Shown here in pieces: positions 1-7,945 of a DNA stretch of 64,000 nucleotides. Made by a program: the position numbers and the translations under genes. The notes beneath the pieces were generated by a model. That model had not been told where the DNA came from and ran no database searches. It was given only the letters and a program-made list of their open reading frames with translations. The DNA comes from an uncultured Prolixibacteraceae bacterium (GTDB lineage: Bacteria > Bacteroidota > Bacteroidia > Bacteroidales > FEN-979), in NCBI GenBank assembly GCA_964642545.1, contig CAZXQU010000003.1:22443-86442 (forward strand), read 5' to 3'. Each line of letters starts with the position of its first letter. Positions within the stretch are counted from its first letter, which is position 1.

Positions 1-269
1 CCGGATTCCTCGTAAAATATCCGGTCACGCACAACTTGCCTGATCAGATCATCAACATCAATCTCATATCCTGTAATTTCCTGTCGTTCAAAAACCTTCC
101 CTTCAATAGAAAGATGTTTGAACGTCTTTTGTGGCGCACTATCCCGGCTCTCTGGATTATGACACCACCAACAGGAGAGGGGACACCCCTTGAAAAAGAT
201 CGTTGTCCTGATTCCAGGCCCATCATGGACCGCAAAACGTTTGATATCGAAAATATACCCTTTAGTCAC
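1..269 (-). CDS. glycyl-radical enzyme activating protein (radical SAM), N-terminal ~89 codons; continues past window edge
   Basis: Not in the ORF track because it is open at the window edge. The reverse frame reads (GTG)[42 protein letters not shown]... GPGIRT followed by CxxxCxxC-HNPE is the typical N-terminus of PflA-type activases. The GTG at 269-267 overlaps the end of the upstream M64 gene by 8 nt. Confidence 0.7.
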   Translation of the reverse strand, partial: MTKGYIFDIKRFAVHDGPGIRTTIFFKGCPLSCWWCHNPESRDSAPQKTFKHLSIEGKVFERQEITGYEIDVDDLIRQVVRDRIFYEES

Positions 270-1575
270 AGTAAAAACGTATTTTCTGACGAATGGCTTC
301 CTGGCAAACCAGGCAGAATCCCTTGGCACTGTTATCTTTCATCCTGCAATTCATCGCGGGACTAAAAATCCCCTTAGCCATATAACCTCCACCTTCAAAC
401 ATCCCGACAACATTCCGGAATGTCGAATCTCTTGGGGTTGGCAGCGGAACATCAAGTCCAATCATTGATTCCCATTTACTCCCGAAGTCGATATTCGTTG
501 TAATATTTGGTTCCCATGGTTCCTGCTGCAAGTTATAAAACCCATCGTAATTCACTCCTCCAACATATTCGTCAGCCAGTCCTCCAAAGGCATGCCCAAA
601 TTCATGGATGGCAACAATTTCGCTTGCTTCATTATCAACTGTACTCTGGCAATAGTGATTGTAAAACCCGCCGCCACCATATTTTTTGCTGTTATTTAGG
701 ATGATTATCTGGTCGTATGGTGCATTCGCAGCAGCATCGCGAATGCTCCATGTATCGGGGGTCGTAAGGTATCTGTCAGAATCGAATGTTGAGAAGCTGC
801 TGTTAAAGCCTGTATTAATATACTCCATTTGCCCCGGAATATCAACACCCGATCCGGCAGAAGGGGACTCTACTATCCAGAATGTGATTTTCTCCTGGAA
901 TTCAGAAAGAGGTTTTACTGAGAGAAAATAGTCACAGATCCTTCGGGCATCCTCTCTGAATTTCGGCATCTCATCCATCTTATACCCTTCGGCCAGAAGT
1001 GCAATGTCGAGCTGCGTGGCCGGGTTTCCTGGCTCTGGGATTGGGGTCACAACCAGCGAATCAATCGACTCATGCAGGATGAAATAATTTTTCGGATCAA
1101 TGGATAATGAAAACAAGTTCTCAAATTCTCCTGTGTTGTAATTGCGTTTATCGATCTCGAACCTGACCGGAAGATTTGGATATGGCATGGTAGCTGTCAT
1201 CGGGTAGGCCCGCGGGGTCTTACTGGCTTCAGCGGTTCCCTGGAACTCTTCAAACAATGACGAATATCCTTTTCTATAGAGGAGCAATCCGGAGGCTGAA
1301 TCGTAGAGCGAATAGCGATAGTTTCCTGAATTCCAAGGATCTATAAGGTTTTTGTGAGGACCTCCCCAAAGAGGTTCCTCTTTGAGTTGCCACAAATAGA
1401 CATCCGTTCTGATGTTATTTCCTGCTAAAAGGTAATCTATCCGAAGTGTTTTATCCGTAAAAAATTGGTCGAAGATGCTCTCTCCCGACATCTGTTCAGT
1501 AAAGGTAGTACTGGAAATATCCTGGCCGAAAGCGGCCTGAAATCCAAAAAGAATAATGACGAATTGTTTCCACAT
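262..1575 (-). CDS. secreted zinc metallopeptidase, M64 (IgA-peptidase-like) family
   Basis: 437-aa ORF with signal peptide [18 protein letters not shown]. The [14 protein letters not shown] block matches the M64 zinc site. Confidence 0.8.
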   Translation of the reverse strand: MWKQFVIILFGFQAAFGQDISSTTFTEQMSGESIFDQFFTDKTLRIDYLLAGNNIRTDVYLWQLKEEPLWGGPHKNLIDPWNSGNYRYSLYDSASGLLLYRKGYSSLFEEFQGTAEASKTPRAYPMTATMPYPNLPVRFEIDKRNYNTGEFENLFSLSIDPKNYFILHESIDSLVVTPIPEPGNPATQLDIALLAEGYKMDEMPKFREDARRICDYFLSVKPLSEFQEKITFWIVESPSAGSGVDIPGQMEYINTGFNSSFSTFDSDRYLTTPDTWSIRDAAANAPYDQIIILNNSKKYGGGGFYNHYCQSTVDNEASEIVAIHEFGHAFGGLADEYVGGVNYDGFYNLQQEPWEPNITTNIDFGSKWESMIGLDVPLPTPRDSTFRNVVGMFEGGGYMAKGIFSPAMNCRMKDNSAKGFCLVCQEAIRQKIRFYCD

Positions 1576-1593
1576 AATTTGTTATTGTTTAAT

Positions 1594-2086
1594 CTACCTG
1601 ACAATTATAAGCTTCTCTCGTTTTATCACTCCTGATCCATTTTGTAATACTATCATGTATTGGCCCTCTTGAAACCCGCTAACATCTATCTCCATGTTCC
1701 GAAAAAAGAGTGGCACAAAGGTGGGTACGAACATCGTTGGACTGAGCTGAATCGATAGCAGGATCAGTGAGCCAATCGTGTATTGTAATCGGTGCACCAG
1801 ATGCCGGATCTATTTCATAGGAAAAATAGCAAAGATCCGATAACAGATTCCACTGGTAATTAAGGTAAGCATTGCCGATCCAGTATGGATGATAGCCGAA
1901 AACGATCTTCTCAAGCGTACATCCTGAAGCTATTCCTGGAACAATTTGTTGTTGTAAAGCAGAGATCTCAACCTGGTGCTCTTTGTAGTATCCCGACTCC
2001 TCAGCGTGAATGGATCTGAAAGGAATATCCTGTGCGAACATGATATTGGTTGACAGAAACAGAAATAATACGAGATTTTTCTTCAT
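1594..2086 (-). pseudogene. relic of a secreted GH18-like glycosidase with T9SS C-terminal sorting domain (internal deletion plus frameshift)
   Basis: The 135-aa ORF has a signal peptide and a GH18-like N-terminus (VFGYHPYW...YQWNLLSDLCYFSYEIDP...HLCATLF), then stops. An overlapping frame (1594..1797) ends in a T9SS CTD tail (EIDVSGFQEGQYMIVLQNGSGVIKREKLIIVR). The frames switch at a T6 run near 1706-1711, and the whole catalytic barrel is missing. Confidence 0.6.
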
Positions 2087-2156
2087 CGCAAATTACTATT
2101 TGACGCAAAATTACAGAGTTTCGTCGATCTTCTCTGAACTTAGTGCAACCTTCGTC

Positions 2157-2164
2157 TATCTTTG
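2157..2164 (+). promoter_or_regulatory. Bacteroidota -7 promoter box (TATCTTTG, consensus TAnnTTTG)
   Basis: Exact match to TAnnTTTG, 63 nt upstream of the 2227 ATG. Confidence 0.4.
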
Positions 2165-2226
2165 TGTAATAAATATAGGCACATAATGTTCACAAACCTG
2201 TACTTTTACAAAAAAAAATCCACTCA

Positions 2227-3939
2227 ATGAATACTTTATCGTATAAAATTGTCTTTCTCGCTATTGCGATTCTGACCTGGGTCCCAGTCTCTTTTGCACA
2301 AGAACTGAACAACAAGAACAATGATTCAAGGCTTCACAACGAAGTCCCGGATAATGCTTACATGGCTCCGTCCCCAAACCATACCCCGCCTGTAAAGGGA
2401 TATAAGTCAGTCAATTCCTCCGTTTTTACAACTCAGGTGAACATTGATGAAAATGGTTTTAACATCCCTGATGATGCAGCCAACGAGCCTTCCATAGCTG
2501 TTGATCCGACAAACCCGAACAATATGGTGATCGGGTGGCGTCAATTCGATAACATTGGAAGTAATTTCCGGCAGGCTGGATATGGCTATACTACTGATGG
2601 AGGACAATCCTGGACCTTTCCCGGGGTGATTAATCCAGGAATCTTCAGATCCGATCCTGTGCTGGATGCCGATGCAAATGGAACCATCTTTTACAACAGT
2701 CTCACTTCCGATGGATCTGCATATACTTGTCAGGTTTTCCGTAGCAATACGGGAGGAGCTGACTGGGATGCAGGTGTACAAGCAAAGGGAGGAGACAAAC
2801 AATGGATGGTCATTGATCAAACTGACGGCATCGGTGCCGGAAATATCTACTCTTTCTGGACTGTATATTATAGTTCATGCTATCCGGGTTTCTTCACCCG
2901 ATCGACCGATGGAGGTGACTTCTATCAAAACTGTGTTGATGTCCAGGGATTCCCTTACTGGGGTACGATGGCCGTGGGCCCCGACGGCGAACTCTATACG
3001 GTAGGAAAAGGAGACTTTGAAGGAGTCGTAGTTTCAAAATCCACAACAGCCCAGAATCCTGCCAATGTGATCAGCTGGGACCTGGCCGAGGAGGTCTACC
3101 TGGATGGACACTTGACCTCTTCCCCTCCTGTAAATCCCGCTGGCTTGCTTGGGCAGGCAGATATTGGCGTGGATGTGTCTGAAGGTCCAGGAAGGGGAAA
3201 TGTTTATGTTTTATCTTCAGTTGTAAGAGCAACTGGAGGTGACCCGGCCGACGTAATGTTTTCGAAAAGCACGGATGGAGGCCTCACCTGGAGCCTCATT
3301 CCAGGAAGGATCAACGACGATCCTGAGAACGATAACTATCAGTGGTTCGGTACGATGTCTGTCTCTCCCGACGGAAGAATCGACGTTGTATGGCTCGATA
3401 CCAGGGACGCCCCTGCAGGTACCTATTTTTCGGCACTTTACTACTCCTATTCCACTGATGAGGGAGCAACTTGGTCTACCAATGAGCGCCTTTCCGAGCT
3501 CTTCGATCCACATGTTGGTTGGCCACAACAAGACAAGATGGGGGACTATTTCGACATGCGGTCGGATGAAATAGGTGCCCATCTTGCCTGGGCGAATACA
3601 CTGAATGGCGAACAGGATGTCTATTACAGCCATATCACACCAACCTATATTGGTCTAGAGGAGAATAATTCTTTATCAAATTCCCTTTCTCTCTCTTGTT
3701 ATCCCAATCCATTTACCGATGGAACTACAATCAGGTATGTCCTGGCAGAGGAAGCATTTGTACAGCTGGAAATCCTGAATCTTTACGGACAAGTTGTTGA
3801 AACACTTGTTGCAACAACACAGCAACAGGGAATTCAAGCGATCCAGTATCATCCAGCTGATCTCAAAATGGGATATTACTATGGAAGGTTGACGGTGGAG
3901 AAACAAAAAGCGGTAATCAGTATTCTGAAGATTAGGTAA
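2227..3939 (+). CDS. BNR/Asp-box repeat (sialidase-fold) secreted protein with T9SS C-terminal sorting domain
   Basis: Signal peptide present. There are five Asp-box-like motifs (TTDGGQSWT, SNTGGADWD, STDGGDFY, STDGGLTWS, STDEGATWS). The C-terminus LSCYPNPFTDGTTIRY...GRLTVEKQKAVISILKIR is T9SS CTD-like. Confidence 0.8.
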   Translation: MNTLSYKIVFLAIAILTWVPVSFAQELNNKNNDSRLHNEVPDNAYMAPSPNHTPPVKGYKSVNSSVFTTQVNIDENGFNIPDDAANEPSIAVDPTNPNNMVIGWRQFDNIGSNFRQAGYGYTTDGGQSWTFPGVINPGIFRSDPVLDADANGTIFYNSLTSDGSAYTCQVFRSNTGGADWDAGVQAKGGDKQWMVIDQTDGIGAGNIYSFWTVYYSSCYPGFFTRSTDGGDFYQNCVDVQGFPYWGTMAVGPDGELYTVGKGDFEGVVVSKSTTAQNPANVISWDLAEEVYLDGHLTSSPPVNPAGLLGQADIGVDVSEGPGRGNVYVLSSVVRATGGDPADVMFSKSTDGGLTWSLIPGRINDDPENDNYQWFGTMSVSPDGRIDVVWLDTRDAPAGTYFSALYYSYSTDEGATWSTNERLSELFDPHVGWPQQDKMGDYFDMRSDEIGAHLAWANTLNGEQDVYYSHITPTYIGLEENNSLSNSLSLSCYPNPFTDGTTIRYVLAEEAFVQLEILNLYGQVVETLVATTQQQGIQAIQYHPADLKMGYYYGRLTVEKQKAVISILKIR

Positions 3940-3947
3940 TCCATATG

Positions 3948-4039
3948 ATCTCCGAATAAATCGATTTTCGATTTCCGATTTTTTATATCGTAAATCCTAA
4001 ATCGAAATGCGAAGCATTCATGAACACCTTTGGAATTTA
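3948..4039. repeat. inverted gene-less copy of the flanks of the SDR gene at 46163-46969 (modules A 4004-4039, B 3987-3996, C 3948-3974)
   Basis: The reverse complement of 3948-3974 equals 47014-47040 (27/27). The reverse complement of 4004-4028 equals 46118-46142 (24/25, extendable to about 36 nt with 3 mismatches). The reverse complement of 3987-3996 equals 46968-46977 (10/10). Module order is preserved. Module C has the palindromic core AAATCGA-TTT-TCGATTT. Confidence 0.85.
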
Positions 4040-4945
4040 ATGATTTTGTGAATAATCAATCGTAAATCTTTTTAGTTGTGCTACAATCATTCCTGCCAGC
4101 ATCAGACAGCAACCAAGCAATATCTTGCCCGTAACGATTTCGTTCAGAAGCAGCCATCCACCAAGAACGGCAAATACCGATTCGAGGCTTAAAATGATCG
4201 AAGCATAGGCCGGATGTGCTTTTTGCTGGGCAAAAACCTGCAACGTATAACCTATTCCTACTGATATCAAGCCTCCGTAAAGGATTGGCCACAGGGCATC
4301 GATGATTGGTTTCAGGCTGATCTCTTCAAAGCCGATGGCTACAACCCAACTCAAAAAGGCACAAATGCAGAATTGGATGATGGCGGTTCGGATGGGGTCT
4401 GTTTTTGGGGCGACAAAACCAACTACTAACACATGAACAGACCAGATCAGTGCGCAAATTAGCACAAGATAATCCCCGAAGTTAATAATAAACCCCTCTT
4501 TTACGCTCAGGAAATAGAGGCCGGCAATAGCCAGTGCGACCCCAATCCAGATGGTAATATGATTCCGTTGGCCAAGAAAGAGCCCGATTACCGGGACAAA
4601 AACAACATATAACCCGGTAATAAACCCGGCATTTCCTGCAGTGGTATAAACGAGACCATATTGCTGAAATGATACTCCGCCAAAGACTAGCAATCCTAGC
4701 AGAAGCTGAAGCAAAACGATCTTTTTTCGTTCCCTCTTTGTTGTTGCTAATCGATTAAATGCCCGCTCTTTGCGAAAGAATAAGAAGGGGAGAAGTACCA
4801 AACTTCCCAGACTAAACCTGACAGCCGAAAAGGTAAATGGTCCCACATAGTCCATACCCACCCGCTGGGCTACAAAAGCAAAGCCCCAGATGGCGGCAGC
4901 AAGCAGCAAAAGCACGTCGGATTTTACTTTCCCGGAAGAGTGCAT
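4037..4945 (-). CDS. EamA/DMT-family permease
   Basis: 302 aa and about 10 hydrophobic helices arranged as two similar halves, as in EamA-domain transporters. Confidence 0.8.
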   Translation of the reverse strand: MHSSGKVKSDVLLLLAAAIWGFAFVAQRVGMDYVGPFTFSAVRFSLGSLVLLPFLFFRKERAFNRLATTKRERKKIVLLQLLLGLLVFGGVSFQQYGLVYTTAGNAGFITGLYVVFVPVIGLFLGQRNHITIWIGVALAIAGLYFLSVKEGFIINFGDYLVLICALIWSVHVLVVGFVAPKTDPIRTAIIQFCICAFLSWVVAIGFEEISLKPIIDALWPILYGGLISVGIGYTLQVFAQQKAHPAYASIILSLESVFAVLGGWLLLNEIVTGKILLGCCLMLAGMIVAQLKRFTIDYSQNH

Positions 4946-4988
4946 AGGAGGTTATCTCAGAATGAGTCGCGAAAATACGAACAAATGG

Positions 4989-6044
4989 CTAGTACTCTGT
5001 GAATATCCGTTGGATCTCCTTGTAATCTTTCGTTTTCATCAGCGCCAGCATCAGCAGAATACGCGATTTCTCAGGAGTTTTAAACCAGGATGCCGAAAAT
5101 CCGTATTTGTCATCATCCACTTCGTCGTGCTGCGTAGTTGGGCCAAACGGTGTACGGGCCGAGCGAACCACTGGGATTCCACGCTTGACGGCATCTGCAA
5201 GGGCATTCATGTTAGATGTATTTGGATTTCCATTCCCAACACCAGCATAAACAATTCCATTTGCCCCTTTTTCTATCGCTGTGGTGACAAATAGAGAGTC
5301 AATACCAGCGTATCCATACACGATCTCAACTTTAGGGAGTTTCTCAACATTCGCAATATCAAATTCGCTCTTGGTAGTATGACGAACCAGAGAATTACGA
5401 GTGAAAATAGGTTTGCTGTTATATACATAACCCAGGAATCCATAATTGGGGCATTTGAAGGTTTCCAGTGCGGTTGTCAGTGTCTTTAATGCATCATCGG
5501 CGCTTAGGATCTTGTCATCCATGACAATCATCACTCCTTTGCCAACCGATTCAGGACTGGCAGCAACAGCAGCTCCTTCATAGACATTCATGGGGCCATC
5601 TGCACTGAGTTCTGTTGAAGGGCGCATAGATCCTACCAACACTACCGGTTTGTTGCTTTTCACTACCAGGTTAAGGAAGTAGGCGGTCTCTTCCATGGTG
5701 TCGGTCCCATGTGTGATGACAACCCCGGTTACATCAGCCTTTGCCAGCAACTGGTTGACCCGTTTCGCAAGGATCAGCCAGTCGGCTTCGGTTATATCCT
5801 GACTGGGAATATTGACAACCTGTTCGCCTTTGATCTGGGCCAGTTGCAGTATCTCCGGTGCCGATTGAATGATCTTGTCGACAGATACAACTCCCGAAGT
5901 GTATCCCGAACTGGTTTCGGAAGCACCCACGCCGGCGATGGTTCCGCCTGTAGCCAGGATATAAATGAGGGGTTTCCCTTGTCCGTATGCATGGATTGAT
6001 GCCATGCCAAGCAGGCAATAAATGAGAATCAGATTTTTTCGCAT
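4989..6044 (-). CDS. ansB: periplasmic L-asparaginase, type II
   Basis: Signal peptide present. Contains the ILATGGTIAG and HGTDTMEETAYFL signature blocks of asparaginase II. Confidence 0.9.
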   Translation of the reverse strand: MRKNLILIYCLLGMASIHAYGQGKPLIYILATGGTIAGVGASETSSGYTSGVVSVDKIIQSAPEILQLAQIKGEQVVNIPSQDITEADWLILAKRVNQLLAKADVTGVVITHGTDTMEETAYFLNLVVKSNKPVVLVGSMRPSTELSADGPMNVYEGAAVAASPESVGKGVMIVMDDKILSADDALKTLTTALETFKCPNYGFLGYVYNSKPIFTRNSLVRHTTKSEFDIANVEKLPKVEIVYGYAGIDSLFVTTAIEKGANGIVYAGVGNGNPNTSNMNALADAVKRGIPVVRSARTPFGPTTQHDEVDDDKYGFSASWFKTPEKSRILLMLALMKTKDYKEIQRIFTEY

Positions 6045-6086
6045 ATGACAGGTTTTATTTATCTGAGATATTCTCTTTGTTCTCCA

Positions 6087-7850
6087 TTACTTCATTTCAT
6101 AGGTTGTAGGACCTTCGCTGTAATCCGTTCTGTCCAGCCAAAAAGCAGGATATCCGATCACTCTTGTCAGATCGGCTTCCGGGGTTGAGTAATTGCCATT
6201 TGGGAGGTTGATATATCCATCTGAGTATTTGGCAACAATCGCAGCAGCCATATTCCACCAACCGGATATCACACTGTCGGCATTTTCCTTACCCCGATCT
6301 GTAAGTAGCTCACGGGCAGCTTCTGGCGATAGACCAACAACGGCTTTATCTGTCTGATCAATGAACTCCAACTCCTGCCTTTCCAGCCGGGACTGTAGTG
6401 GGATGATGTCGGCCCTGGTCATCTGGCGGAAGTTTAACCTCGACCAGTTGTTGACAAAGTTAAATGGCCACCAGGCACATCTTCCATAAAATTTTTGTGG
6501 ACCTCCGGTTTGCAAAGCTTCAGGCAACTCGTTTACGTTCGTATAAAAGGGCATGAATACAGTAGTATAGGATACATCTGGCCCAAACCAAACCACTCCC
6601 TTGGTAATCAAAGGCTGTTGCGGCCGGAGCTTGCAAACATAGGTATATCCCTGGTAAAACACGGAGATCGCCCTTTCCCAGGCTCCAACCATCTTTTTTC
6701 CCGTGGATACATTGTTTTGATTTCCATCATAAGGCCCGACAAACCGGTGGGGATCGCCATACGGACCAGCTGCAATGCCCCTGGTCAGGTCAAATTGAGT
6801 TCCCTCGTAGTGATCGCGGTAGAGAGAAAAAATGTCGGAAGTGGTAAGCTTATCTTTCGGTTTGATTGAAAACGGATAATCGAATGTATAGCCATCTTCC
6901 ACCCAAGGTGAGAGACCAAGGTCAGGATTTACCCTATCGAGGACCCTCCAGACTCTCCTTAGCGAGTAGTAGGGGTGGTTGTATTCACCAGGACTAACTG
7001 CTTTCAGCCAGTCGACAGGACCATCTTTCTCCTCATCCCACCATCCCAGTTTCTTCAATCCGGGGATGAGGGAATTGGAGAAGAGAAAGTTATCAGGATC
7101 AGTTTTTACTAAATACCGGATCCGAAATTCATTGGCGGCAACAAAAACTTCTCCATCCGGCACAAGCTGGGCTACCCAAGCCGAGTGGTATACATCATCA
7201 GGCAGAGCACACATCTCAAAAACCCATGCCTCTTCCTCGTCTGCCACAAGAAGTGTCTCTCCAGTAGAGTAATAACCATATCGCTCTATCAACTTTCCCA
7301 TGAGCATGATGGCTTCCCGTGCTGTTTTGCAGTTTTCCAGGGCAATCCGTGAGAGTTCCTGCGAATAAAAGATCCTTAATGGTTTTCCAGTTGCCCTGAC
7401 AGCATTTGCTTCAGGTTCGAAATTAGCCCCGTTTGTACACTCACCAACCATCAGGTTGTATTCATTCATAATGCCGTAATTTCCATCAAAATAGGCATAG
7501 GATTGTACATTCTTGTGTCCCAGAAAGCTCCATATATCCTCGTAGGGCAATTGAAAAAGTACGGGTGTTAATGGATATCCTGGAGTGTTGTATCCAGGTC
7601 CCCTTTCAGTAGTATTGATCCTGGGATAACGATAGTGTTCCTGAAAAATAGCTCTGGTTCCGTTCTGATCCCTGGAAGGAACAAAGATCATCCGCTGGTC
7701 TCCCAGTTCATCATCATCAGAATGGGCTACCATCATGGAGCCATCAGCACTGGCTCCTTTGGTAATGATCATGGTTGTGCACGCCAAAGAACTAAAAAAG
7801 GGAAGGACTAGTAAGCAAGCACAAACAGTGGTAAGAATAGTATTTCTCAT
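6087..7850 (-). CDS. C69-family dipeptidase (secreted/lipoprotein)
   Basis: The signal sequence ends ...SSLA-CTTMIITKGASADGSMMVAHSDD. An N-terminal catalytic Cys after cleavage is typical of peptidase C69. Confidence 0.85.
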   Translation of the reverse strand: MRNTILTTVCACLLVLPFFSSLACTTMIITKGASADGSMMVAHSDDDELGDQRMIFVPSRDQNGTRAIFQEHYRYPRINTTERGPGYNTPGYPLTPVLFQLPYEDIWSFLGHKNVQSYAYFDGNYGIMNEYNLMVGECTNGANFEPEANAVRATGKPLRIFYSQELSRIALENCKTAREAIMLMGKLIERYGYYSTGETLLVADEEEAWVFEMCALPDDVYHSAWVAQLVPDGEVFVAANEFRIRYLVKTDPDNFLFSNSLIPGLKKLGWWDEEKDGPVDWLKAVSPGEYNHPYYSLRRVWRVLDRVNPDLGLSPWVEDGYTFDYPFSIKPKDKLTTSDIFSLYRDHYEGTQFDLTRGIAAGPYGDPHRFVGPYDGNQNNVSTGKKMVGAWERAISVFYQGYTYVCKLRPQQPLITKGVVWFGPDVSYTTVFMPFYTNVNELPEALQTGGPQKFYGRCAWWPFNFVNNWSRLNFRQMTRADIIPLQSRLERQELEFIDQTDKAVVGLSPEAARELLTDRGKENADSVISGWWNMAAAIVAKYSDGYINLPNGNYSTPEADLTRVIGYPAFWLDRTDYSEGPTTYEMK

Positions 7851-7945
7851 CTTAGCAGTGATTTATTAACCGGTGAATAACAATGTAAATCTACAAAATA
7901 AATGTAGAGATTCTAGTTATTTACAACAAACTGTTATTCAGATTT

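Noticed and set aside
36-468. Tracked ORFs 36..365(+), 190..468(+) and 44..235(-) at the window start
   Set aside because: They overlap the strongly motif-supported activase frame (minus strand, 1-269) and the M64 gene, and they have no recognisable motifs.
3958-3974. AAATCGA-TTT-TCGATTT palindrome (and its copy at 47014-47030) as a classical intrinsic terminator
   Set aside because: The stem is 7 bp with only 2 G:C pairs. A T-run follows it only at the first locus. This is not enough to call a terminator, so I annotate it as a repeat.
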